Part shown: positions 14,425 to 26,469 of the stretch, one piece after another | Layout of the letters: each line of letters starts with the position of its first letter | Numbering within the stretch: the first letter of the stretch is position 1 | From: Chiloscyllium plagiosum | Lineage: Eukaryota | NCBI RefSeq assembly: GCF_004010195.1 | Contig: NC_057718.1 | Location: forward strand, 50,849,018-50,913,017 | Direction of reading: 5' to 3' | DNA length: 64,000 nucleotides | The notes under the pieces: generated by a model | Told to the model about the DNA's origin: nothing | Database searches by the model: none | What the model saw: the letters and a program-made list of their open reading frames with translations, nothing else | Translations under genes and position numbers: made by a program

Positions 14425-14551
14425 GATTTTACTGCTCCTCGGATGCTGTCTGAACTGCTGTGCTTTTCCAGCACTCCTCTAATCCAGAATCTGGTTTCCA
14501 GCATCTGCAGTCATTGTTTTTACCGAGATGTGGTGGAGGGCATCATCAAGT

Positions 14552-14882
14552 ATAGAGTCATAGAGATGTACATGATGGAAACAGTCCTTTCGGTCCAACC
14601 CATCCATGCTGACCAGATATCCCCAACCCAATCTAATCCACCTGCCAGTACCCGGCCCATATCCCTCCAAACCCTTTCTATTCATATATCCATCCAAATG
14701 CCTTTTAAATGTTGCAATTGTACCAACCTCCACCACTTCCTCTGGCAGCTCATTCCATACACAGACCACCTTCTGTGTGAAAAAGTTGCTCCTTTGGTCT
14801 CTTTGATATTTTTCCCCTTTCACCCTCAACCTATGCCCTCTAGTTCTGGACTCTCCCAAAAAGACTTTGTCTATTTATCCTA
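14552..14882 (-). mobile_element. Young CR1/HER1 3' end
   Basis: ORF GESRTRGHRLRVKGEKY...FFTQKVVCVWNELP; close to the reverse complement of 36005-36295. Confidence 0.9.
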
Positions 14883-14989
14883 TCCAAGGTATTAAGTAAA
14901 TGTGGAATTAAGTAAGCAAATATGGTAACGTACCAAAAACTGTGGACATTTTCGATAAATAAATACCAACGTTACTTCCCTGTTTCTTT

Positions 14990-15530
14990 TACTGAGTTGT
15001 ACAGCATAGAAGAGGCCCTTCAGCCCATCAGATCAGTGCTGACCTATATACACCAATGCCACTTTTTGGCTCAGAGCTTTGAATGTTATGACATTTCTAG
15101 TGCTCATCCACGAACTTTGCAAAGGTTTAATTTCGAGTTTGTTTTTTATGAGGTTACATTTCCTAAGAACCTGTCAAGCATTGCATTTGATTCCCAGTAT
15201 ACAATGGATTAAAAAGAAAGCCTTTCCTCATATTCCCTCTAAATGTCCTGCTCTTCACCTTAAAATTATAGCCTCTCATTACTGGCTCTAGGGAACAGCG
15301 CTTCCTATGCACCCTGTCTATGCCCCTCAACCTTATGCTCAATCAGGTTCTCCTCACGGCCATATTTGCTCTTAAGAAAACAACCAGAGTTTGTCCAACC
15401 TCTCTCTCCATAGCTAAAATACTCCAAACCAGGCAATGCTCTGGTGAATCTCTTCCACTCTAACATTTTTCTTTTCGTGTCATGACCAGAACTGCACACA
15501 GTACACTAGCTGAGACCTATCCAAAGTATG
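14990..15530 (-). mobile_element. Older CR1 3' fragment
   Basis: KRFTRALPGLEYFSY motif plus a CR1-type 3' tail. Confidence 0.7.
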
Positions 15531-16563
15531 GGTCACATTTGGTTGCTCACGTTCTCATTTTAAAACATCACATTCTCAGTCCTACTGCAACCAATTCCAA
15601 ATGAGAGTTGTTGGGATTCAACATTTACGTTTTACTAAAATGCTCCTGCAGTGGCTCAATGGTTTAGACTGAGTGATTGAACTGGAGATTCTCAAAGGTT
15701 TAGTTTCACTACATACTGAATTAGATTGTCTCAGCACAGATTAAAATAGAAATGCCACAAATGGTTTCAGCATCGCTTGATGAGGGAGGAGATATAAAAG
15801 CTCAGGCTTATGGTTCCAGATATCTACAGGAATGTCTACTCAGCTGTGGGATAGGATGGCTTCAGGCAAGAATACAGTGATTAACTTAAGGTGAAATTGG
15901 ATGCTGACATTTGTCGTTCCTGGAAAGACAAACAGATGCCTGGACATTGCAAAAGCTGCTGATGATCAGATAGGAAAAAACTAGCAAAAAATCCCTGCAG
16001 AACTACATTTCAATTATATCAATACAGATGGGCAAAAAGTACAAGTTTAGAGTTGTCAAGTACAAATTTAGGACAAGAGCAATAAATATTTTATACCGAA
16101 GTTAGCTTCTAGCTGGAAAAGGTGCCAGGAAGGATGATTTACACCATCATGCTCTGGCAAGAGCATGTATTCTGCATGGATCAAATTGAATAGGCTCTCT
16201 TCATGGAATCTGGTGATCTTCTGTGAAAAATTAAGGAAAGCTCATTTTTAGTAAAACAATAAATACCAGCTTTATTCTTTGTAAGTTTTTTGCTGCTGGC
16301 AGTCCTGTACCATAGGTTACTCCATCAATAGCAACCGAGGCTCCAAAAACGTCACTTGGATTGGGAGGGGAAATTGTGGTTTTTGAAGAAGGAGACCATC
16401 TGGTGTGTTCTGTGGTGGAATTGGTCCTCCTGGGAGCAGATACGGCGGAGGCGGAGGTTATTCCCAATTCTCCTGCTTCTCGGATGCTGCCTGACCTGCT
16501 GTGCTTTTCCAGCATTACACTCATGACTCTGAGCTCCATCATCTGCAGTCCTCACTTTTGGCT

Positions 16564-17345
16564 AATATCTGTATGACATTCAGGCTTAGGTTGATCAATG
16601 ACAAATACAGTTATGCCACACAGTTCCAGATAATGACCACCTCAAACAAATGAGAATTTAGCCATCTCTGCTTAAGATTCAATGGCATAGTCATTATTGA
16701 AACATCCCCTTGGAGATTACATTGACCAGAAACTGAATTAGACCAGTCATTTAAATACTGTGACAACAAGAGCAGGTCAGAGAAACTAGTAAGTTATTAA
16801 CCTCCCATTTTCCCAATTCACAGCCACCAGTTCCATAGCACAATTCAGGAGTGGAACGGAATACCTTAAACTTGCCTGGCGGCTCCAAGAACACTAAAGA
16901 AGTTTGATACTACCCAGCACAAAGTAGCCTGTTTCATTGGCACCCCATCCACACCATCGAAATTCACTTCTCTCATGAACAATCCATAATGACAGCTGCA
17001 TTGTTAACTCTAAGATGCACTACAACACTACACCAAACCTCTTTCAATCACACCTTTCAAGTCCACAGTGTCTACCACCTAGAAGGACAAGAGTATGGGA
17101 GCAGTACTACTTATACGTTTCCCTCCAAGTCACACACGCCATCTTGACTTGGAGTTATTGTGCCATATCTTTGCTGTGGTTGGATCAACATCCTGGAACT
17201 TCTTTCCTAATAACACCAAAAATGTACCTACACAAGTACTACAATACTTCAAGAAGGTGAATCACCATCACTTCCTTTGAACAATTATGGATGGGCAATA
17301 CATGTTGATCTAACCAACAATACTCACAATCTGTGAATGAATAAA
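16564..17345 (+). mobile_element. Non-LTR retrotransposon, right half (continuation of 12060-12391)
   Basis: Degenerate DIQA...; ITLTRN/IDQKLN region homologous to the minus-strand copy at 46135-46880. Confidence 0.7.
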
Positions 17346-18091
17346 AAGACCCTCAGTCATTACAAAGGTTGACAGGGCTTGTTGTTTGATGTCATGCTGT
17401 TACAAATGATGAAACACTTTCCAAAGTGGAAAATCACAGTGATCAAAAATAACTGTCTTAGATCAAAATATTATAATGTTAATATTCACATTTCCAAAAC
17501 TGATTTAATCATCATTGTGCTCATTAATTTTTTTCTGGTAATCCAAATATTACATTGATCTTCAACTTAAGTTATTTTTATTGTTATATTTGCCTAATGT
17601 TCAATACTTTCTGTCAAAGATTTTAATGATTTACTTCTACCAAGACATAAACATGGATAAAAGCAAGGAATTGTGTCAACCTCAGAGTTAGAGGGAACAC
17701 CAAGTGATATGCATGTACTCCTTTTCTTTCCATCCTTATCACTTTAACTTGCAGTTTCTTCCTCCCTTTTTCCATACATTTCCTATTATTTGCCTTGCTA
17801 TGGGGCATTTTTGCTTTAGAAAACTGCTATAAATTCACTTTTATAAGGATTTCTTGCTCTTTTGAGGCTCAGGTAATTGCATTGAACCAGAATTGAACTT
17901 TGTATTGCATTTAATTTGTTGGATTTGACATGAATTAAGTGATGTCGATGCTAGATGCCCAAAATGGAGAGCTGTTGCATGGAATCCAATGACTTTGCTG
18001 CATATATAATGATGCTGATTAAGCTTTCTCTACTTTCACACAATTAAAACAGCACAAAAATTACTTATTGTATTGGATGCTCACAATACAA

Positions 18092-18398
18092 TTTCACCAG
18101 TTTTCTCATCTCCACTCTCTCCAATTCATCTCAGATCCAACCCTCCAACTTGACACTGCCACCTTGAACTGTCCTACCTGTCCATTTTCCTTCCCACCTA
18201 TCTGCTCCACCCAATCTCCATCACCCCCACCTATCGCTATCCCTGCTACCTTCTCCCACCTCCTATTTATCTCACAGCCTCTCCTTCCAACACCACCCCT
18301 GCTCCCCCCAAAACACACACAGTGCCTGACCTGCTGTGCTTTTGGAGCACCACACTTTTCCTTTCTGATCTCCAGCCTCTGCAGTCCTCACTTTCTCC
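18092..18398 (+). mobile_element. Solo PLE pLTR (hammerhead segment deleted) with TSD
   Basis: Homologous to the reverse complement of about 12400-12720; flanks tgctcacaatacaa (18078-18091) and tgctcacaagacaa (18399-18412). Confidence 0.8.
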
Positions 18399-18476
18399 TG
18401 CTCACAAGACAACCCAATCTGGATCCAGTGTATTCTCAAAAGATGAAAATAGCATTTCAGATCTCAGATATGCATG

Positions 18477-18780
18477 TGGGTGGCACAGTGGTTAGCACTG
18501 CTGCCTCACAGCGCCTGAGACCCGGGTTCAATTCCCGACTCAGACGACTGACTGTGTGGAGTTTGCACGTTCTCCCCGTGTCTGCGTGGGTTTCCTCCGG
18601 GTGCTCCGGTTTCCTCCCACAGTCCAAAGATGTGCAGGTCAGGTGAATTAGCCATGCTAAATTGCCCGTAGTGTTAGGTAAGGGGTAAGTGTAGGGGTAT
18701 AGGGGTTGCGCTTCGGCGGGTCGGTGTGGATCTGTTGGCCCGAATGGCCTGTTTCCACACTGTAATGTAATCTAATCTAA
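18477..18780 (+). mobile_element. HE1-type SINE
   Basis: GGCACAGTGG A-box, GGTTCAATTCCC B-box, (TCTAA)n tail. Confidence 0.9.
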
Positions 18781-19149
18781 TTTCAGCATCATCACACAAT
18801 ATTGTACAGATAGATACAGAGTAAGATTCTTTGAAAATTAAATGGGATATTTTACTGCCCTTACCTTATTTTCACACATCATTCCCAAGTATTTGACCGG
18901 AACAAAATAAACACCATTGTGAAATAACTACTGATCACATAACCAATCCTTTGAAAACATAATTCGATTTATGTTTTAACATTTCTCAAAATAGTTGCAC
19001 ATAATTTGAAATGCCTCTAGTACAGTAGAAGGTGGAGAAATAAGGATAAATAACAGGCAGGCTTGGACTGATGCTATTTCTTCAAGATGAATCAGAATTG
19101 AAAAATGTCATGCAACTTTTACTAGTCAGTCTGTACTTTTAACATTAAC

Positions 19150-19450
19150 TTTTATGAGAATGTTGCCAGAAATGGACAATTTTAACTATGAAGAAAGATT
19201 GGGAGGCTGGAGTTATTTTCTCTAGAATTCAGGAAACTAAGGGGAGATTTAATTGAGGTTATAAAATTATGATGGGTCTGGATAAATTTTTTAAAAAGCC
19301 TATTTTCCTCAGCAGTGAACATTAAACCAAGAGGCAAAGACTGAAAATAAATGGCAGAAGATTAGAAGGGAGTTGAAGGCAATTTGTATTAGCCAGACTG
19401 GGATGAAGGTCTCCAACTCACTGCCTGAAAGGGAATATAAATAGAATAGA
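19150..19450 (+). mobile_element. Old CR1 3' fragment
   Basis: Degenerate RMLP..NYEERL..LFSLE..RGDLIEV segment. Confidence 0.6.
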
Positions 19451-19601
19451 AATGTATGTTTGTTTCTAGCAGTGCAGGAAAATGCCACCTTCTCGGAAGA
19501 TAGAATGTCACCAGAAGGTGATGGTAAATAGTTTGTCCCCTTAACAAGCCTATACTGCCAGACACAATAAAAAGAGTATTTTAAACTCGGATAAGGTAAT
19601 T

Positions 19602-19729
19602 TATCTCTCCACTCTGCAGGCAACCTGCCTCTATTCCTGATGAAGGGCTTTTGCCCGAAACATTGATTTTCCTGCTCCTCAGATGCTGCCTGACCTGCTG
19701 TGCTTTTCCAGCACCACTCTAATCTAGAC
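19602..19729 (+). mobile_element. Minimal solo PLE pLTR fragment with hammerhead and TSD
   Basis: Perfect 10-bp flanking repeat TAAGGTAATT (19592-19601 and 19730-19739). Confidence 0.85.
19637..19664 (+). ncRNA. Minimal hammerhead ribozyme motif
   Basis: CTGATGA-A-GGGC-TTTT-GCCC-GAAAC-ATT; core boxes intact, CpG-decay-like changes at the triplet. Confidence 0.7.
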
Positions 19730-19917
19730 TAAGGTAATTAGCCTAGTCCATAGGGCACATGAGTCGATTGGCCTCTCTCCATTAGGGAAAACACAGGCTT
19801 ATTTTGCTTGAGCAGTATATTCTACAATAAGACCAACAGCAAGGAAACATCCCTCCAAGAACTACCATAGCTATTGTTGAGATTGAACTCCTGATACTGG
19901 ATCATCCTGCACAATGT

Positions 19918-20235
19918 GGGCGGCACGGTGGCACAGTGGTTAGCACTGTTGCCTCACAGCGCCAGAGACCTGGGTTCAATTCCCACCTCAGGCGACTGAC
20001 TGTGTGGAGTTTGCACGTTCTCCCCGTGTCGGCGTGGGTTTCCTCCAGGTGCTCCGGTTTCCTCCCACAGTCCAAAGATGTGTAGGTAAGGTGAATTGGC
20101 CATGCTAAATTGCCCGTAGTGTTAGGTAAGGGGTAAATGTAGGGGTATGGGTGGGTTGCGCTTTGGCGGGTCGGTGTGGACTTGTTGGGCGGAAGGGCCT
20201 GTTTCCACACTGTAATCTAATCTAATCCAATCTAA
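19918..20235 (+). mobile_element. HE1-type SINE, full length
   Basis: GGGCGGCACGGTGGCACAGTGG start, B-box, (TCTAA)n tail. Confidence 0.92.
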
Positions 20236-21789
20236 TGTTCTTATCAGTGAGCTAACTGGACTTAAGACTGAACTAGAGTGCTTCAATTTTGGAAGAGTAC
20301 ATTAATTCACAATAAATAAGGAAACAAAACTGAAGTATGACTTGCTATAACAAACAGTTGTATTTAGCTTTAGACCTGCCACTACTGGAGGTCAGCCAAG
20401 TTCCAGATCAAAATGCTTGGAAGATAGTGAACATGACAGAGGCATTTAGAAGGGGATTAATATAAAATAATGAAGCAAAGAAAAATATTTACATCCTCAT
20501 TTACTGTGCTAAATATATTTTATGTGAAGCTTAATCCATAAGTATAATCCATAAATAGATTTCAAACAGTTGAGGAGAACTTTAATGAGGAGTGAATATA
20601 GACAGTGAAATGAATGGCAGGGGTGGTAAAATGACGCAGATGAACAGGTCTTATATTGATTCTGTAAACAGCCTAATGTAAACTGATTTCATTGTAATAT
20701 AGTTGATTCAACTAAAGCATACACCTAATTTGGTCTGTAGATAGAAACAGATAAATCACTTTTGAACAGTACTCAAAATGTATTCCTCTGATCCAAACGT
20801 TTTCCAGTTGTAAATGCGTTAATATTTTTCATACTGACATTTCAAATTACCCATTCATATTTTATTTCCCACCATCAGCCACCATGCTCAAACAAAAACA
20901 ATGGTGGACTATGTGTTTTGGATTTCTTTGTTACATGCAATTCATAAAATTTAAGCATTCCAATCTTCTAGATTGTTTTACCTAATAAGAGTCATATGCC
21001 AGCCCCATCAGATCATATTTGTTCTGTGGTAGCGGTGTTGATGATAAAGACTCAACATGGTGTACGTGTTTTATTGCAGTGATCTGCTCATTCAATTATT
21101 CAATAACAGAAGCAATTACTTGAGCAACTCTACAAATTATGAATACACATATTTTTAAATAATATCTTTGAGAAAATATTTATTAAAATGAGTGCACACA
21201 TTATACTAATTTTTGATGAGTCACAGCCAGAGTGTACAGCAAAGCTTTGCATCGTATCAGTGAATTGGAGGAAATAAGGGAAGTTGAGAACATGAATGGG
21301 TTATAATATAAAACAGGATAATCCTTTAACACTTATCTTTTCAAACACAACTTAGATTTGCAATTTTAGCTTGTAAGAAAGAAGCTTTTGTTAATTCTAA
21401 GTTTGAAGTAATTTTAAAATCTTGAACAAAAATGAACTGACTTGTCAATTCTTTTGCTTCTACCATTTCTTTACCACTGTGTCATGCTTACAAACAATAC
21501 GGTCAGTCAAAACGCATTGAGGAAAGAACTTGCATATTTGAAACCCTGTTAATTATCAATTAAATAATTGATTTGTCATTATACTTATAGCTTATTTAGT
21601 CAACAAATAAAAGTAAATTAAACTAAATATGACTTTTGTTTTTAAAATTTCCATCTAAAATATTGAAATGTAAATAATAGGAAAAGAACACAGAATTAAG
21701 AAAGTTGAAAATAGTCATTTTTAACATATTTTAACAGTTAATGGTAATTTTTGAATTAATATGGGATTGCAAACTTCATCTGCCCATTT

Positions 21790-22123
21790 GAATCATAGAA
21801 TCTCTACAGTGTGGAAACAGGCCATTTGGCCCAACAAGTCCACACTAAACCTCTGAAGAGTATCCCTCACAGATTCATTCCCCAACCGTATCACTCTACT
21901 AATGCACCTGGCCTACACATTCCTGAACATTATGGGCAATTTAGCATGGCCAATTCACCTAACCTGCACATCTTTGGATGTGTGAGGAATTCAGAGCACT
22001 CAGAAGAATCCACACAGACACAGGGAGAATGTGCAAACTTCAGACAGACAGTTGCCCGAGGCTGGAATCAAACCTAGTCCCTGGCGCTGTGAGGCAACAG
22101 TGCTAACCACTGAGCCACTGTGC
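21790..22123 (-). mobile_element. HE1-type SINE
   Basis: Reverse-complement homology to 19918-20235. Confidence 0.85.
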
Positions 22124-23574
22124 ATTATTAGCTTGTTTATTTATATATTTTTTAAAGTTTATCTCCAGTACAAAAGATAATCAATTACAAATTGAAAAAA
22201 TATTTTACCTTTTTTTTAACAGGACTTCTCAACTCTTTTCTTTCGAGAGTATCCCTGTCAAAAGATAAAGGCTCCATGGATCCATTGTAGCATAGCAGAA
22301 CTGTTTTGTGGTACCCACGAGGTGCAGCATGAATTTTCTGCCATGGCATCCCAAATAGAAAATTGGGTGGTATATTACTCACATAAACACAAGGCCTTCT
22401 TCTGAAAATAAAGGTCAGACTTTAGGGCTGACTGTCCTTTGCTTGAATGATACTTGATGTGGCTAAGACCTAGATCTGGTTACTCCTGGGCATTTTGATC
22501 AGTTTCTCCTGCCACACTTGACTCTTTAACAGTTGGCACAGATAAACAACACTGAGCTGAGTAAAGAATGAAAGGTGAAACCCGTGATGACTCGCTGACA
22601 TTATCTGATTCATTCTCTCACCATTTTCCCCCTAATATGGATTTCAAAACCCTATTCATCTTTTGCTCTACTTTCTAGCTTTAAGCATAAAAGCAGGAGA
22701 CAGTGCACCTCAGGGCCTGCCAGTAAATGACTCCTCTCCAAACTATTGTTAATCTAAAAGAGGAGAGTGGATGTGGTTGCTGTTGCAGCAACAAATTAAG
22801 TCAACTTTCTGTCAGGGTGTGAAATTAAAATGCCTTTCTTGGTGGTGGGGAAAAAGAAAAAGATAGCCTGTTTAAAGGTCTCAAATGGATACCAGTGAAA
22901 TCAAAAGTACCAGCATGGCTTTCCTCATTGGCTCTATTCATTCAATAAGAGGCCGAAAGAAGATCTTATTCTTGACAAATCTACATTTGGCGCAATGCTT
23001 TAAAATTGTTCATGGATCCTTTGGGGGCTACTGATGCTTTATACGGTATATAGAATTTGATCCAAGTTTAGCATTTACTCATTGAGCTTTACAAAAAACA
23101 CCCTTAATTTTAAATACAGAAATTATTTTAGTCTTGTATGTCTTAGTTCCAACATATGTTCTGCGCTAATGTTTGGGTGTGGTATGGGGTGGAGGAGTGG
23201 GGCAGGGGAGTGACTTGCCTCTACTCTCTGGTGAAGATTGGCAGAAGTGTGTTGCATCTCATTTGTCTCATTGTAGTTTGCATTTTGCCAGTATCTACCT
23301 TCTGCAGGGGGCAGAAGTCTCAGCCCCTGAAGTCAGTAAATGCTTAATTGTTGAAATTGTTCCAATTTTAATTGGATACATTTCTATATATTCGACAGAT
23401 CAATGAATATGAGGATCGTGCAGAAAAAGAGTGTTGAATTAGAAGATCAACCATCAAGACTGAAGGGTGTACATCTGCTCTGAATTCTATGCTCTTGTGA
23501 TCTGAGCAATGTGTGCGAAGAACTTGTGGAACAGATGTCCTTCTGTTCTGAATGCCAATCTGTCCATCTTAAAA

Positions 23575-23995
23575 TGATGTGCAGATTCGGTGGATTGGCT
23601 ATGCTAAGTTGCACATCGTGTCCAGGGATGCGCAGGCTGGGTGGGTTAGCTACAGTAAAATACAGGGTTACAGGGATAGGGTCAAGAGTGTTCTGCTGGA
23701 AAAGCATAGCAGATAAGGCAGCATTTGAGGAGCAGGAGAATCAACGTTTCAGGCATAAGCCTGTTATCAGGAACCCGAAACATCAATTCTCCAGCTCCTC
23801 GGATGCTGCCTGACCTGCTGTGCTTTTCCAGCACCACAGTCTCGACTCTGATCTCCAGCATCTGCAGTCCTCACTTTCTCCGTACAGAGATAGGATAAGG
23901 GCTTGGATCTGGGTGGAATGCTCTTCAAAGGGTCAGTATGGACTTGAAGGACCGAATAGCCTGCTTCCACACTGTAGGGATTCTATGATTCTATG
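23575..23995 (+). mobile_element. 5'-truncated HE1-type SINE interrupted by a PLE fold-back element
   Basis: gatgtgcag...ttggctatgctaa core; tail ccacactgtagggattctatgattctatga. Confidence 0.75.
23681..23882. mobile_element. PLE-derived fold-back (inverted pLTR) mini-element
   Basis: Arms gctggaaaagc...ggagaatcaacgtttc and gaaacatcaattctcc...gcttttccagc; flanks tacagggatagg and tacagagatagg. Confidence 0.8.
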
Positions 23996-25747
23996 AAGCC
24001 ATCTGGAATTACAGGAGTTTTTTGTTAAATACCAAGCTACAATTCTAAACAAAGAGAATAGAACACGGGACATTGAGAAGATTCCTAGATCATGGATAGC
24101 AGCAATGGAAGTCAAAGTAAAGAGGAAAGATGTTATAGTTCCATGCCTCCAAAGATGAGCTTCAGAAGACATTAGAGCATCTGGTCAGGGAACACAATTC
24201 CTGGCATCTGGTCCTGTTATCCTGGTAGCAGGATTACAAGAAATCTAATAGGCTCACACAGATGGCCAAATCAATGAAGGTGCATAAGACCTTTGACGCA
24301 ACACTCTGTTAGACTCTCTCACTGCATAAAACACCATATCCCCATCACTCACACGGCACCAGTTCCTGGCAATGGACTCATTTCTAACACCAAAATACAT
24401 CACCCAGCTGCACACAGCTAATGCTGCTAGCCTGAGAATCTGCTTCAATGGGTTCCATCTTTTTCCAATATTCAACTTTGACAAATAAATCACCTGAACA
24501 GTGTATATAATTGCAACATCTTATCCTCTCCCTCTGCGACAAAGGAATCATGTATTAGAAGGTTGAACGGCAGAAATGATTCCCGGAGATTGACCTCTGT
24601 ATTTCATAAGTTTTGGGAAGCAAATGGCTCTCCAAATCCTGGGTCAAGCAATAACAGAGTTCATGTCATCCATTGCTGCTGAGGATATTAAGGAATATTG
24701 GAGATCAGCCAAGCATTCATATAAATGCCAGCTGAAGAAACAGATGTCTAGCCATCTGCTTCTATGGACACAGTTCATAAAGGACCTTATACTTTGCTGA
24801 GCTCCAAGGCACCGATGGATTAGCTCAGCTATTATTTTCACAGATGGAAATGGAGTCGTTTACTTGATTAATTAACAACTTTATGAATTTAAAATATGTT
24901 ATTTGTTCTTTAAATTATCTATGAGGATAAGTTGGTAATTTTCTTGACTCAACATCCTGAACTGATGGCAAAATCTGTCCCTTGATCTTTGGTATGGACC
25001 TGTGCGTCTCAACTTCAGAAAATGGGTATCACATCAAGGATAATCTTGTGGAATCATGGTAGAGTTGATAAGATGTATTATCTAAAATACAAATTTGTAA
25101 TATCATTAATTGAACATACATAAATGTGTGTGGTGAATTTTGCAAAAAAAAAAAAGACTGATTTTGCAACACTAGCTAAAATAATCATGTTACATTAGGA
25201 AGCAAACAGCTGAATGGGTGGTGACTCTGAATCTGCAATACTTTCAGAGGACAAGTGAGCCAGTTTGTCAGTGACAATTATATTGCTGTTTGAAGAAAGA
25301 GTCAGAGGGAACATTCCTCTGTCCTCTCTCCCTTCCTTTGAATCCCCTCTCATCACAAAATATGTGTTGAAAACTAACTGAATGGCATCTTAATTCAAGT
25401 TCTCAAAGGACAAGTCTGGATTGCCACCACACTATTCAGAAGAAAAGAGAAGCAAAATTCAGTCACCTGTAACTGAAAGGAACCTCAGTGTCAATAGCTT
25501 GTGTAGCTACAGTCACTTGAGCTACAGACCAGGGTTTGGAAAATCTGTGAACAAATTGTGTTTTTTTTTAATTTTAACTGCTACTCGTTCAAAGTACTTT
25601 TAAGTTAGTGTGTTGTAGAGTCTTTTCTTTTTCTCCGCTAGAATTAAAGATAACTGTGTGAGTGTATGTGCTATTCTTCATGAAGGGTCTTTGTGTATAT
25701 TTGCACATTTTAATCCTCTTGTCCATAATCTTTGCCTATTTGAATCC

Positions 25748-26102
25748 TAGAATCATAGAACCCCTACAGTGTGGAAATAGGCCATTCAGCCCACTGATCG
25801 ATTCTCTGAACAGCATCCCACCCAAACCCAGCCTCCCAAATCCCATCATCATAACCCAACATTTGTCATGATTGATCCACCAAGCCTACACATCCCTAGA
25901 CATTATGGGGCAATTTACCCTCCGTTGTCAATCCACCTAACCTGCACATCCTTTGGACTGTGGGAGGAAATCGGAGAACCCAAAGGAAACCCTTGTTAAC
26001 AAGGAGAAGACGTGCAAACTCCACACGTTACCCAGTGATATCGAACCCCGGTCCCCAGCACTGTGAGGCATCAGTGCTAACCATGCAACCACCGTGCTGC
26101 CC
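25748..26102 (-). mobile_element. HE1-type SINE (diverged)
   Basis: Reverse-complement homology to the other copies. Confidence 0.8.
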
Positions 26103-26469
26103 TCAGTAAGATTTTGTTTGCCTCACTGAGTTTTTTTTTTGCAGTAGGCCATTTGCTTACGTCTTGTTTAAGGATCTTGGCTGAATTGTTTGTATTACTG
26201 AGTTATATACAATTTAATATAATATTGGCAATGTCATCTCTTCTCCAAAAATCAAATCAAATTTTGTTATGCTCACTCTCAGAGTGGGGGGAAAGAGGAA
26301 ATAAATCAGCTCACCCCTTCTAACTGGGTGATAACATTCCATATCTTAAAAATTGAATGAAAAAAGAAACAAAGGGATGATTATTAGCAGCAATGACAAT
26401 CCAGCCTCTCCTTCTAACTGAAACCCTTAAGTTTTGGTAATGTCCTTGGAAATCTTTTTTGTACCCTTT

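Larger units (their letters stand above)
13378..14524 (-). mobile_element. PLE copy B nested inside copy A
   Basis: pLTR at 13380-13595, RT C-terminal part (LVLTFHPTNLLINQIIRRHF), inverted pLTR at about 14305-14524, GAGATGT repeated on both flanks. Confidence 0.85.
12392..16560 (-). mobile_element. PLE copy A (5'-truncated, inverted pLTR ends, internal insertions)
   Basis: GIY-YIG remnants (VIYC..., FREHL..PVAEHFNSP), Cys linker FPCNRRNCKICAH near 13075-13110, pLTR from 12392 and inverted pLTR at about 16465-16560. Confidence 0.8.

Noticed and set aside
18477..18550. tRNA gene
   Set aside because: The A and B boxes belong to an HE1 SINE head; the same applies to all other copies.
24254..24493. 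Membrane-protein-like ORF or exon
   Set aside because: No recognisable family and only a weak donor site.
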